A stretch of DNA of 63,995 nucleotides, counting the filler, from Hyphochytrium catenoides (taxonomy: Eukaryota > Protista > Hyphochytriomycota): NCBI GenBank assembly GCA_900088475.1. It is 6 parts of 6 records of this genome, joined end to end, with 100 filler letters (N's around TTAATTAATTAA, not from the genome) between each part and the next. Parts side by side here need not be neighbours in the genome. Positions count along the whole stretch, not along the records: positions 11,650 to 35,021 come from FLMG01003890.1; 5 more parts are not named here. One strand, written 5' to 3'. Positions 13,071-25,571 of the stretch are shown piece by piece (position 1 is the stretch's first letter; the number at the start of each line of letters is the position of its first letter). Position numbers and translations under genes: made by a program. The notes beneath the pieces are model-generated. The model searched no databases. It was not told the origin of the DNA and saw only the letters and a program-made list of their open reading frames with translations.

Positions 13071-13194
13071 AAACCCAGAAAAAAAAGGAGGAGAATAAAA
13101 AAGGAAGAAAAGCATAATTTTTAAGAGCTACAAAGTCCTCGTCTCTTCATCAAATCTCTCTCTCTCTCTCTCTCTCTTTTTCTCTCTCTCCGTT

Positions 13195-14000
13195 ATGAGC
13201 CATGATCATCCGCAGAAAAGGAAGAAAGAATCAGTTGTTGTCGACAAACAAAGTAGTCTCTCGTGAACCTCCTCGTCGGCACCTCCTTTCTGGTGTCGGT
13301 TCGTGGCTTCTCATCCTTTATTACTTTCTCCAATGAGCAGTACACGACGGCCTGTGATGCGTCCATCACGCGGAAATGCTGCGATCCACAACATCCGTTC
13401 CCTATGCAGCTGACCATGCCGGCGAGCAAGGTCCTCTGTCTGTGAAGGCGAAGAAGGAAGTTAGTTGAAGAAGAAGTACGAGGGTCTTCCCCGTCCAGCC
13501 GTAGTAGGGCTGCAGTAGTTTGGTCCGCCGCCGGTTCGGGACTCGTGGGGAAGAGCCATGTCTTGTGTCCTTGACTGTTGTGTGCAACAACTGATGAATG
13601 CCCTTGCATGTGTTGTCCTTCTCGGCAACATGGTCGCTGGTCTCGGTTGTTGTCCGCCAAGGTGTTAACTCTGGTGGATAGTAGTAGACTCCCCTTCGCC
13701 ATTCATGATGATGAGAAGAATGCGCTACAGAAGCTTATTGCGCTTCAGATGTTGGACCCTGGGCTTGCTTGCCAGATCGAACATGATGATGTTGATGATC
13801 TCGGCGGCGTCTTGACGACGTTCTTTGTCTCCTCCTCCTTCTCCTTTTGCTATCGCTAAGAAATTCAAATATGATTCTTCTTCCACTACTACTGATAACG
13901 ATGATGGAGGAGAAGAGCGAGTTGGAGAAAGATCAGGGCTTTGTAGGTCTTGCTGTCTCTTCTTCTTCTCCCTCCTCCTCTTTTTATCAGGCGTAGTATC
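13195..14000 (+). mobile_element. Degenerate 5'-truncated CRE-like (RLE) non-LTR retrotransposon, copy A
   Basis: Frameshifted homolog of copy C (SREPPRRHLLSG, HPFPMQ, KKKYEG, GTAGTAGGGCTGCAG) with the same 3' tail. Confidence 0.72.
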
Positions 14001-14149
14001 CTTCTTATAGCAGTGGACAAAGAAGCAGGCAGGAGTTCGATAAAGCAAAGAAACTCGTCAGCTCCTGTTTACTTTTCACTCTTTTATGTGCATTCGCTGG
14101 CCGTTTATCGAGAGATCAATTGGTAGGGATGATAGCGACTACAAAGCCT

Positions 14150-15010
14150 TATTTAACCTCATGAAAAAGGAAGTAGAAGAAAAGAAAGAAGGAGGGGAAG
14201 AAGAAGGGAAAGACGATGAAGAAGATGAAGTAGGAGAAGAGAAGAAGAGCTATAACGCCTTGGTCTCGACCTCCGCTCGATCTCCTCCATGCTCATCATC
14301 AGTACAAAAGGAAGAATCATAGCTGATCTCCTCAGTGATAATAACGGGAGAAGAAGAAGGAGGAGGTGAACCCCCGACCACTCTGTCGCTACCATCATCA
14401 ACCTCGACCGCCGCAAGGGAAGAAGCAAGCGAACGGTCCAGCTGCTCACAAGGAATACGCTTCAGAATCTGAAGCGCATTTTTTTTTGTCAACGAATCGC
14501 CATAGATTCTCGCGTGAAGGCGTAAAGCCATCGCCAAGCGAGACCGACCATTGACCAAGATGCCGCGAAGCATCAAGAGCAGAGCGGTCACATTGAAGCT
14601 TCACTAGATGATGTCTTACACAATCAACGACGCCCGGCATAGCTCCCCCAAACGACGCCCAAACTAGCGGGACAAAGTGCAGCCCTACAGCCTTACAAGG
14701 AAGACCAACGACCTTGATGGCCCGCAAGGACTGCTGCATAAGGAAGGGATCTAGATTGCTGCAGCGAGGCCGTGACGGACGCATCAAAGGCTGTATGCGG
14801 ATACCCGGCGGAGAAGCCACGAACCACGACATCTCCCGGTTTTCAGATCTGACCCCGGGAGGAGGTGATGGGGTTTGTTGAAAAGCTTTAGGGCCAGAGT
14901 CCTGAGAAGCATGAAAGAGAAGATCCTGAACACGACGCTGACGCTGATGAGCGCCACTACCACGGCGACAGATGATACCGTGATCTCCAAAAACATCCAG
15001 AGGCGCTCTT
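14150..15010 (-). mobile_element. Degenerate 5'-truncated CRE-like (RLE) non-LTR retrotransposon, copy B
   Basis: DVFGDHGIICRRGSGAHQRQRRVQDLL (zinc-knuckle region), KPHHLLPGSDLKTG, PCKAVGLHFVPLVWASFGGAMP, then a 3' tail ending in a TTC-rich tract. Confidence 0.82.
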
Positions 15011-15039
15011 CTTCTTCTTCTCCATTCACTTCTTCTTAG

Positions 15040-16170
15040 TTAGTTATAATAGTAGAAGATATATGTATATAAGAAGAAGAAGGAGAAGAAAATGAAGAGG
15101 AGACGAGAGCGACAAAGCCCTCGACTTTTCGACAGGTTCTCCTGCTCCCTCACCATCAATGACAGGAAAGAAAGAAGATTCATAGTTGAACTCTTCCGCA
15201 ATATTGATAGGAGACGGAGGAGGAGAAGAAGAAGAAGGCGTGGCACCGAGACCATCATCATCGCCGTGCTCACACATGCAAGCTAGAGCGGCGTCCAGCT
15301 GCTGAACAGAAATAAGCTTCAGAATCTGAATCGCATTCTCTCCATGGATGTGCGACAGACATTCTGGCATTGAAAGTCAGAGTTTTTGCCAACCGAGACC
15401 AATGACCAAGAGGACGGGACGCCTCAAAAGCGGCACGAACACACTGAAGCTTGACCAGCTGTTGCACAGAGTCTAGGACATGCGGCATAGCAGCACCACC
15501 AAAAGACTCCCAGACGAGCGGCACAACTTATAGCCCCACAGCCTGACAGGGACGCTCATACTTCCTCCTCAACTTCGCTTTCTCAGACAAACGACCTTGA
15601 TAGCCGGGGTGGACTGCTGCATAGGGAACGGTTCTGGATGGCAGCGAATCCGTGACGGACACATCAACGGCCGAGTACTGATAGGAAGGTGACAATCCAC
15701 GAACCAACCAATCTCCGGGCGTCCGATTGGAGCCCGGAAGAAGGTGGCGAGGTTCGCGGGAGGAGACTCTGAGACCAGAGTCCCGCAAGCATGAATGAGA
15801 AGGTCTTGTACACGGCGGTAACCTTGATGAGCGCCACCACCCCGACAACAGACTGTGCTATGATCGCCAAAGACATCCATTGTTCAACGGGCACAGGACA
15901 GGCAAGAGGCTGGAGTGCGGACAAGAGCGAGAAACCTAGAAATCGCCCCAACAGCATCACCCGGAGCACCAACCGGAGACGGAACCTTCAACTGCAACCA
16001 GTGTATTTCCGAAGGAAAGCAGCCCCTGCGTGCGGGAGAGAAGCAGCCTGCACGCGAGCCTTCGAGCACAAGTCCAGGCCAGCATCATGCAGAAGACAGG
16101 AGAACATCGGAAGCCGTCATCCAAGCAAAGCGTCACAGGTAACATTTACCTGGATTCTCCCAGCTTGAAA
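15040..16170 (-). mobile_element. Degenerate 5'-truncated CRE-like (RLE) non-LTR retrotransposon, copy C
   Basis: ACPVP..MDVFGDHSTVCCRGGGAHQGYRRVQDLL (CCHC-type knuckle), then REPRHLLPGSNRTPGDWLV..SAVDVSV..SEKAKLRRKYERPCQAVGL..PLVWESFGG. This is the restriction-like endonuclease (PD..D..K) C-terminus of CRE-type elements. Frameshifts and stops are present. Confidence 0.85.
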
Positions 16171-18111
16171 AACCCTTAATAAAAAAGTGAGTAGTTCTAC
16201 TATTCGTCGTCAGAAAAAGGAGAAGAAGAAAGAGAAGAAGGAGAAGACGAGGAAGAGGAAGAAAGAAGAAGAAGAGACAACATCTTCCCTTATTATAATT
16301 ATAGATGACCAGTTTTTTCTCCTTCCGACTCCTTGGTCTGCCTTTCTATTGTCTAAGAAGGAGGAGCCGGAGTTCCTGCTATGATTCTACTGCAGAAAGG
16401 GCTCTCTCTTTCTCTCTCTCTCGCTCGCTATATATATATATATATATCACTCTCTCTCTCTTCTCCAGCTGCCGGACGAACAGACATTGACCGCAAGAAG
16501 TGTACAATGGGAAGGAAGAGAGCCAGAGAAGGAGAGCGAACGTGAGTGTGTACGAGAGAGAGAAAGAAAGAGAAAGAGAGAGTCATGGGACCAGAGAGGG
16601 AGAGAAGAGAAGGGAAAAGAAGGGTGCAGAAAAAGCATCTAACAAGTAGACGGAGAGAGAAAGACTGAATGGAGACGAAGACTGGGAAAGCTCGTCTAGT
16701 TCTTCTCCACTTCTTCAAAGCTGTGTTGGCATTTCGTGCTGGCCGTCTAGTTCTACCCTCTCGAGTTCTGTTGCCTGCTTCCCAGCAGTTCTCCTGATAT
16801 CTTACTGGCATCACGAGTTTTTTTCTTGTTCTGTCATCCGTATTGCTTGCTTCCTCTTTCTTCTCTCTCTTTCTTCTTCTTTCTTTCTTTCTTCCCTCTC
16901 TGACCCGCCCGCCTTTCTCTGCCAAGATATGTTGGACAGGGACCCTAGTGCTTGATGCAATGCATTGACTCATCTTTCTCCGAAAAAAGTTCTTATCTCC
17001 TCCTCTTTCATCTTTTTTTCTACTCTCCCTCCTTGTTTCCTTGCTTCTCTTTCTCCACTCTCCATTCTCCCTCTCTCTCTCCCTCCTCTCTCTCTCTCTC
17101 TTCAAATCAGAACTCTCTCTTCTTTATCTATAGAAGACAGCAAGAGACTCTTCGGATCAGAGTCCTATCTTCTTTTTTATAGGAGTAGAAGATTAACGGC
17201 CCCGTTCTGGAGAAGAAAAACGGAAGAAGACTCTTTGCTCGGAGCAACCCTCCCGCCTTTCGCTGCCCAGATAACGTTTGATGCGCTTTATCGGTCATCT
17301 TTCTGCTAAGTTCTTGTTGTCTCTTCTTCATTCCCCTTTCCCTTCTACTTGCGTCCTCGCTTCTCTCTGTCTCTCTCCACTCTCCATTCTCTCTCTCTGT
17401 CTCTCTCTCTCCCCTCCTCTCTTCTCCTCTGTTCTCTCTCTTTTTTCTTTTCTAGAATATTGGATCCGCTCTGGAGGAAGACAGAAGAATATTCGGAAGG
17501 ACTCTTCCCATTGAGGACAAAAGAGATGATGCCTTCTCGCTGCCTCACCACCATTCTCCGTTTGCTAACATGACCACCAGTGTGTAAAACTGTCGAGAGA
17601 GAGAGAGACAAAAGAGGAGAGATGGACAATGAGAGAGAAAAGCAGGCAGACAGAATACGACGGTGTCCCACCTCAGGACTATAGATATTTCAGAGAAGCT
17701 CCGACTTTCTTCCTCTGTTTTCACTCTCTGCTGGACTGTCACCTTCCATAGGTAGACTCCGGGGATGAGTTCGCAATCTCTTTTCTTTTCTATCTTCTAT
17801 ATTGAAGGGCTCTCTTCTCTCTCTCTCTCTCTTTCTTCGCCTCCTCTCTTTCTCACTCCTTGTCTCTCTTACTGACAATCTCTCTCGCTACCTATTCCCA
17901 GATAAGCAGATAAGTCTACCTCCTACTCCCCATCATTGTTCTTTGTCTGCTGGACTTCACACCTCTCTTTGTCACAGAGAAGCCGCTGTCCTCCATGCGA
18001 AGCTTCTCGTCAATGGAGTGATCTCTGTCTTTGTCTCTCTCTCTGTTGGATCAAAGAAAAGCGACTTGGCAGGCATCATCATCACGGTGAAGAAGGTGGA
18101 AGAGAAGAAGG

Positions 18112-19998
18112 ATGGCGGCCAACAGACGGCCGAGAAGCTCGCGCCTAACGGCAAGACCGCTGCTGGTGTCCTCCCTACTTTTCTCTCTTCTCTCCCTTCT
18201 TTTTCTGATCTCTTTCTCTTCACTTCCTTCTTTCATCCACGCTGCTGCTCCACTATCTCCTAACCCTACTAAGCATTCCAAAACGTTAAGAGCTCTGGTT
18301 GCCGGCGGTAAACCACCACCGAAAGCGTTGGCAAAGACAACAAAGACTCCTCTTCCACCCAACAAGGAACCTGCGACGACGCGGCAATCAAAGGTTCCTG
18401 GGCGAACATGGAAGCAATGGGGGCAACAGCAGGTAGAAGGAGCACGAAGATGGGTGGTATCATTGTGGCGTCAAGAGACTATGAAAGAAAGACAAGCCAT
18501 GGCTGCACTAGAGGATGTCATCTCTAATGCAAGACAAAAGTATATGGGATGGAAGGAAGCCAAAGCTGCTTTTCTTAGTCTGATTACTGCGCGCCAACCG
18601 CAACAGGAGGTGGGGTTAGAGAAGGGCATGATCACTTTTCCGCGAATAGATCCAGAAGAGTACCGGACACTTCGGGACCAGGTCGAAAAAGGTCATGCCA
18701 ATGCCGATACTCTCGTCTTCCAAAGGCTCGATAAAGAAAACCAACGACGAGAACTAGGCCGATACATGGCGAGCTTATCGTCAGCTCCGAAAGCCATTTA
18801 CTTGATATTCCTTCGCAATCTCTCAAAAGATCAGCTGGAGGCGTACCTCAGTTTGGGACGCGAAGAAAGAGCAGAGTTCGAGTTTATAAAAGGACTCACA
18901 GAAGAGGAGCGGGAGCAGTATCTCACGATGACTCCTGATCAACAAAAGCAAAAGAAATTTGATCTTTATGCCACAGAAAAGGAGAAGGAGTTCTACAACA
19001 GCTTGAAGCTGCAGCCTGATGATCAACGGGAATACATGGAATTCCTTACCGCGCTCAGTCCTGCGGATCTGGTGAACTATCACGCCTATCCACCCCACGA
19101 TCGCTACATGGATTTCAAGTTCCACAAGCAGCTCACAGTTGATGAGCTGAATCACTATCTCACCTTGGACCCGCGTGAACAAATGGATTATAAGGCTTTT
19201 TTCAAGAGCCTCCGCCCTGAGGACCTCGAGGTCTATCGCAAGTTTCGCCCTTTTGATAAAAGGGATTTCGAGTTTCGAAAAGGGCTCACAGAAGAGGAAC
19301 TGAAGACGTATAACGTCGATAGCTCTACGCAAAACTTCGTAGGACATTTTTGGCGAGACCCAACTGCTTATCGACGGCGGTTCAATTTATTTAAGAGGTT
19401 CTTCACAGCGGCGGAGAAAGATTACTTTGACAAGGACAGGCCTTATTTTTATTCATCACAACGAGACGACGCCTTCGAGCCTTTTATACGAAAGCACATC
19501 AAAGGAGATCCCAAGTTCAACAATGCGATAAGCGAGGTTATTCAGTTTGTGGCACAAGCAAAAAACCTTAACGCGGAGAATCTTCAACTCTTTACTGAGC
19601 AGCTCTACACCATGTGGCGGATCCTAGACGTGTTAGACAACAATCCCTTGGGCCTGAAAGGCTATGACGAATCCATCCGACAACGGGACTTCATTAAGGG
19701 TGATTCAAATAAGTACGATATGCAGGCCGACCAAACGGTCTTTCTTCATAGAGCGGTAGCAGACCTGGAACAACTCTTAGAAAAAGTCAGTCCTCTCTTG
19801 GTGGCCGATGCGCCTCATCAGGACCACCCTGTTTTAGTTGCCTCTCTCCTCAGAGTCCTGCAGAGTGGGACGGAAGCCAGCAGAGCCAGGCTGACCCAGC
19901 TTCGCCAAGTCCTTGACTACGTTGTGGATAAGAGGATACAAGAATATTACCAATCGTCAGGTACAAGGACTTGGGACAGGAAGCAAGAGAAGCCCTAA
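18112..19998 (+). CDS. Predicted secreted 628-aa protein with about 7 tandem ~26-aa helical repeats; function unknown
   Basis: Intact single-exon ORF. Basic n-region and hydrophobic h-region ending FSSLPSFIHAA. Internal repeats F.K.LT.EEL..Y..L.P.EQ. Confidence 0.85.
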   Translation: MAANRRPRSSRLTARPLLVSSLLFSLLSLLFLISFSSLPSFIHAAAPLSPNPTKHSKTLRALVAGGKPPPKALAKTTKTPLPPNKEPATTRQSKVPGRTWKQWGQQQVEGARRWVVSLWRQETMKERQAMAALEDVISNARQKYMGWKEAKAAFLSLITARQPQQEVGLEKGMITFPRIDPEEYRTLRDQVEKGHANADTLVFQRLDKENQRRELGRYMASLSSAPKAIYLIFLRNLSKDQLEAYLSLGREERAEFEFIKGLTEEEREQYLTMTPDQQKQKKFDLYATEKEKEFYNSLKLQPDDQREYMEFLTALSPADLVNYHAYPPHDRYMDFKFHKQLTVDELNHYLTLDPREQMDYKAFFKSLRPEDLEVYRKFRPFDKRDFEFRKGLTEEELKTYNVDSSTQNFVGHFWRDPTAYRRRFNLFKRFFTAAEKDYFDKDRPYFYSSQRDDAFEPFIRKHIKGDPKFNNAISEVIQFVAQAKNLNAENLQLFTEQLYTMWRILDVLDNNPLGLKGYDESIRQRDFIKGDSNKYDMQADQTVFLHRAVADLEQLLEKVSPLLVADAPHQDHPVLVASLLRVLQSGTEASRARLTQLRQVLDYVVDKRIQEYYQSSGTRTWDRKQEKP

Positions 19999-21136
19999 GC
20001 CAGAGGAGGGTGGTGAAGTAGGAGAAGAAGAAGCTGTAGCTGCTACCACCACCACCACAAATGCCTAATAAAGCGAAAGATTAAGAGCCATCATCATCAT
20101 CGTCGTAACATGCACGCGGCTCCGCTGCGTCTTGCTCATCCGTCCAGCCACGACCGACTAACCAACGTCGGGAAGGGAAGCTTCAATGTCTTCTATATCT
20201 CTGGGATCTATTTCATCTTTTACTGCTGCTCATTATGTCGCAGCGGGGGAGAGGACAAAGAGAAGAAGAAGAAAGAGAGGAAGGACACGCGAGTTGAGAC
20301 ATGCTCTGTTCCTTCTTCAATGGAGGATCAGAAAAGCAACGTCCCTTCGCCGTCGTTCTCTTTCGCTCCACAGCTTTTCTCTTTTATCTTCCTGCCATCA
20401 TCACCATCATTGCTAGTATTTCTTCTCCCTACGAGGACGAGATAAGGTAGCAAATCGTAGGAGGGCCAGCAGTCTTTGCCAAGAAGTCCGTGCTATGCAT
20501 CCATCCAGGACTGAGAGTCATGGAAGAAAAGTGGCCATTCTCCGGAACCCTTTCTTTCCATTTCTCTCTATGGCTATAGAGCTGCTGCTGAGAAGAGGAA
20601 GAGATGGGAAGAGTGAGAGACAGAAAGAAGGACAGAAACAGAGAGCAAACGAAGATGTCGGACAGACTTCAAAGAGCAACTCCAACTCTATTCCCTTTCT
20701 CTTCTCTGCTGCCAGTGTCGCCGCCAACGATGAGTCTCCAGCCTCTCAACGGCGCTTTCTTCTTCACTCTCTACACCTTCGTATACCCTTTCTCTCTCTA
20801 CCTACCTCTTTGCGTCTCTCTCTCTCTCCTTCTCTTGCTCACGTCTTGACGTACACCAATCTACTCTCTCTTCTCTCTCTCGCCCTCTCTTTCCCCTGTC
20901 CCAGCAGATATCCTCTCCTCTTCTAATCTACTTTTTCAATGTTAGGGAAGAGCCATCCGTCCTTTCTGCCGCGGCGCCGTTCCTGTCGCCGGTGCCAAGC
21001 CCACCATAAGGAACATCGAGGACGTCTTCTTTCTTCTGTTTGTCTCTTCCTTTGTGTCATTTGGATCCAGAGAAAAGAGATCGCAAGGGCCAGTCATCCC
21101 GCTAGACAAAGAAGGCTCAAAAGAAGAAGAAGAAGA

Positions 21137-21928
21137 ATGGGAGTCCGCCACCAAAGGAGACGCTCTTCGTGTGCGACGGGTCCGCTGCGGCGGCTCTTTC
21201 TCTTTCCTTCTTTGCCTGCTTATGATCTCTTTCTCTTCTCTTCGCTTCGTCCACGGCGCGCTGCTAGGTCGCACCAAAGCACCCCTCGGACACCAGATGC
21301 GGAAGGAAAGCACCTTCAAGAATAAAAAGAATAGGGAAGTGTCTTTTAAGAGATGGTTTCAGGCGCTTAAGGGAAAGCGAAACCAAGCTCTACCAAGGGC
21401 GTTTGAGCCACCACCAGAAGCTCCACAAAGAGCCTTTGCGCCGCCAGCTCCACCGGCTTTTGAAGAAGAGGCTCTTCCACTACGAGGTGCATCGAATGCC
21501 GACAGGTTTAGAGCAGAATTAGCTGCTTTGAACGCTTTGGATCCGAGGGAAGCACATTGGCGGCCAGATCCAGACGACAGCATCGCCTTAGAGCTCTTCG
21601 ACGCGGTAGGGCATCCAACTTCTGATGGAATCTTGCGAAAAATGGCAAGAAGCGATATCCGTCATCCCTGGGCATGATCTAAGAATTGTCAGCGCATACC
21701 TGGCAGGACAGGGTAAGAAGATTCCCTAGCGTTTCTTAGATCCAGACCTCTATCGCGGTCCTTGGGAAACCTGTTCGATTGTCGACAGTGGTGGAGCAGA
21801 CTTAGCTGCTTTGGATCTGGACGGCGGAGCACATTGGCGCTCATAGCCAGACAACCAGCTTGGACAGCCTCTCTCTCTCTCTCTCTCTCTCTCNNNNNNN
21901 NNNNNNNNNNNNNNNNNNNNNNNNNNNN

Positions 21929-21965
<37 letters not shown>

Positions 21966-22070
21966 TCGACGCGCTAGCCTATCAAAGTCTCGACCATCAT
22001 CGCTGGGAAGAAACGGCACCGATCTCAATGATCCCTGGCTTGTTGAGACCTGAGACAGGTCAGCAGGAAA
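21137..22070 (+). pseudogene. Frameshifted member of the shared-leader secreted family, with 'HPW' repeats
   Basis: MGVRHQRRRSSCATGPLRRLFLF (frameshift) LLCLLMISFSSLRFVHGA. Cargo LELFDAVGHPTSDGILRKMARSDIRHPW (frameshift) HDLRIVSAYLAGQG. A second repeat unit at about 21790-22040 is broken by a (CT)n expansion. Upstream 20500-21130 is homologous to 27850-28460. Confidence 0.68.
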
Positions 22071-22392
22071 TAACTGGGAGAAGAAGAGGGCAAGACGAAG
22101 CTCAACGACTTTTCGATAGTTCTAACTCGCTGTGGAGATCACTGAAGCCAACCATAATAGGGACCATCGTAGCCAGGAGATTGACAGAAGAGACGGGAAC
22201 ACGGACGGGAGAACATAGGAGAAGAAGAAGTGCGAGAATCATAGGAGACACTTCCAGAAAGTCAAAGTGAGAAATGCGACAGAAGCGTGACGAGAGAGAG
22301 AGAGAAAGAAAGAGAGAGAGAGAGAGANNNNNNNNNNNNNNNNNNNNNNNNNNNNNNNNNNNNNNNNNNNNNNNNNNNNNNNNNNNNNNNNN

Positions 22393-22423
<31 letters not shown>

Positions 22424-22896
22424 GTGAGAATGAGAGTGAGAGAGTAGAGCGGAGACATCGGGGCAAATGGCGACATCAGAGTGAGAGGAGAGACGTCCGT
22501 AAAGAGAGAGGAGGAGAAGATAGATAAGTCACAGACGCCCGAAGCACCTTTCACTGGGCAAACCTGCCCCGGACGCTGTACATTCAATATCATTTCGCCT
22601 CTTTGACGCCGGCGCCTTCTCCCTCCTCTAGTTTCTTCTCATCCTAGTCATTCATGTGGTCTTCCCGCCGTCTGTCTCTCCCTATTTATATGTATAGATA
22701 TATATCACTCTCTCTCTCACTCACTTCCTTTTCTCTTTCTCTCTCCCTCTTTCTCTCTCTTCTCTTTATTGTCTATTAGAAGGTTGGACGAAACATAGTG
22801 AGACTCTACGTAGCACATCTCAAAGAATCATCTCTTCAACGTTTCCCTGTTGTTCCTTAGAATTACATGGCTATAGGGCTGCCAAGAGAATAAAAG

Positions 22897-22934
<38 letters not shown>

Positions 22935-24154
22935 CGAGATCGTCTGAGCAAAGAGGAGCTCTAACTCTGTTACTCTTTCTTCTTTTCTCCCTGCTGCTAA
23001 TACATTGTGGCTAGCACGGAAAGCATGCACAAAAAGTCGTCGCGTGGCACCTGAGGCGAGATCTTTCCATCATCTCTGCTTTTATTTTTGTCTGTCAAAG
23101 AAAGATCTCTTTTTTCCATGTCGAGAGGGACAACGCAATGAAAGATAGACTGCTGCGGCCATTAGATGAGCCACGGCGGTAAAAGAGAGGAGCTTCTCAA
23201 TTTATTTCTCTCTTCTTCCTCCTCCGTCCATCAAGTCCTTCACTGACATTATCATCAGAACAACATCATCATCCCCACCAATAATGCGTGATGAGCAGGG
23301 AGCAGTGACCATCATATGATTGCCACGACGACGGTTCGGCTTAGGCATCATCATCACATCATCCTACCGTTTTCTCATGACGGCATCGATCATCATCTCC
23401 TGTGCTGCCTCTTCTTTCGTTTGCTCTCGTGCTGCGCTGCTGCTAGATGCTTTTGTTCAATGGGGATCACGGCTTATCAGTCCGCCGTCGACCGCGCCGG
23501 TGGTGAGCGGTGCTACGCAACGGCATCAGCGTATTATCATCGCGTCCAACCATCCTCTCCTCTTCGTCCAAGTCCATATAATAGTAGTAGGGACTTGTTT
23601 GTTACTTTCTTCATCGTCACGTCCAGAAAAAGCAGAAGATCCCTGCTGGGTCGAGACGCTTGCACCACTTACGATCACCTCTTTCTCACATAGCATATTA
23701 TTATAAAGAAGAACCGTAGAGTTACCTTCGACTCTCACACAGTGCCCGTACTCTATATCTCCTCTCTGTTCTTAGGCCCCAGGCCGTCCTATGATTTGCT
23801 ATCAGCAGGGCTGTCAGTTAGCTAAAGTTCTTTCTCTTAGTCCTCTCTTTTCCGCTTTGAGGGAGGAGGAGGAAGCAGCAGCAGCATCAAAGCAAAGGGA
23901 GGAAGACAGCCAGGGAAGGAGATAGAGCTTTTAAATAGCAGCAGGTATGCAGCTGCTGCTGCCGCTCGGGAAGCCAAGAAGAGAGAGGACGATCGTCGAC
24001 GAAAAAATAGACAGATAGATAGATANNNNNNNNNNNNNNNNNNNNNNNNNNNNNNNNNNNNNNNNNNNNNNNNNNNNNNNNNNNNNNNNNNNNNNNNNNN
24101 NNNNNNNNNNNNNNNNNNNNNNNNNNNNNNNNNNNNNNNNNNNNNNNNNNNNNN

Positions 24155-24480
24155 TTACTTATGAAGACCAACAGATATTGAATACGCTGTTGGAGGCGAT
24201 AGTAGGGCTGCACTACTACTCGTTTCCCATTATCACTACGCGCTATGTCACGATTTTTGAAGCAAGTGTGTCCTTTTCAAGCTCTTTCAGAGCGTCATTT
24301 AGTCAGTTGTTGCACTCTCCATATGTAGATTATTGGTGTTGTCCGCTTCGGCCATGGCTCTACGGGTTCTTCTTCCCGATCAGTTGTTGAATGATCCTTC
24401 TTTTCTTCTTCTTGTGGCAGAGAGTAGTGGAGATGATAGCCTTGGCGATTACTCTTCTCCTTCTTGTTCTTCTCCCTCTT
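24155..24480 (+). mobile_element. Highly decayed remnant of the CRE-like element
   Basis: TAGTAGGGCTGCACT and the following sequence weakly match copies A and B. Confidence 0.35.
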
Positions 24481-25202
24481 TTTTTAAAGTTTTGTTGCTG
24501 AGAAACCTAACTAAGATATTATCCTTTCTGCTGAATGATGAGGTCAAAGGAGAGAGAAAGAGGGAAAAACTTGTCTTTTCTTCTTTCTCTTACTTATGGC
24601 TGAGAAGTAGATATCGATCAAAACGACAAGAAGGACAGAGTAGACGTTTATCTTAGATCTTATAAGGAGGATGAAGACGAAGAAGAAAAGAGAGGGGAAG
24701 AGACCCCTCATCTCTCTCTTCTACCTATCAGAATTATCCTATGAAAGAGGAAATCAGATAGTATGTTCTTTATGAAAGACGTTAAGCTCTAGCTTTATTG
24801 ATCCACTACCATTGCACTTTCTCTCTCTCTCTCTCTCTCTGTGCCATATGGTGAACAAGAAGAAGAGCAAGAAGAGAAGAGAAGAAAGATTGAAAGAAAA
24901 AGGTAGAGACGACAAGGAGAAGAGAAGTGAAGAAATAACAAAAGCTAACATCTCTTAACATCTTTAGCAGTAAAAGAATAGGCCCTTGACATGTCTCCTG
25001 TGGAGAAGGAGAAGATGGAAAGAGTAGCAGCGGAAAACAAGCCACGAACCTGGGACAACTTCAAGTCAAGCCAACATGATGTCCTCCCATCGTCCAGCTT
25101 CCGAAGCAGCTACTTCAGGACCAAGCAGACCTTATGCTCTCTGATGCCGGTGCTTCCATCATTTCCTCCTTCTTGCCGAGGAAAGCGGCGGAGGCCCAGG
25201 CT

Positions 25203-25571
25203 TTATCTATTTTTCTGCGCTTGTGCCTCTGGTTGCTGCCGGAGCGGCGGGTTGCTTTGCTGGCGCTTTTGATGCGCTACCATCGCTGGAACTCTGTTTT
25301 TCCCTAAGTAGACGTCGGCTAACTCATTTTGCTGTGCTGTCCATTTTTGTCTGTGGTGTCTATGCCATTGCTTGATTGCTTGTGCCGACTTTTTGATAGG
25401 AGAGAACAGCTTTTTGGGAGTCCACTTAAATCCCATGCCATAAATCTGAACGGAGGGAAGAGAAGAGAGAGAGACCGTGATAACGGAGAGAAGAAAAAGG
25501 AGAGAGAGTACTAGCCGTTGTCCCATCTTCCGGGGCGACCGGTAGTACCTCTTGTTGGCTGGTGGTATCAT
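25203..25571 (-). CDS. Small predicted secreted protein of the shared-leader family (possibly truncated by a frameshift)
   Basis: MIPPANKRYYRSPRKMGQRLVLSLLFLLSVITVSLSSLPSVQIYG aligns with MAANRRPRSSRLTARPLLVSSLLFSLLSLLFLISFSSLPSFIHA of the 18112 ORF. Confidence 0.6.
   Translation of the reverse strand: MIPPANKRYYRSPRKMGQRLVLSLLFLLSVITVSLSSLPSVQIYGMGFKWTPKKLFSPIKKSAQAIKQWHRHHRQKWTAQQNELADVYLGKNRVPAMVAHQKRQQSNPPLRQQPEAQAQKNR

Noticed and set aside
18270-18300. RXLR-like motif (KTLR) after the signal peptide
   Set aside because: It is not RxLR, there is no EER, and it is not conserved in the other three family members.
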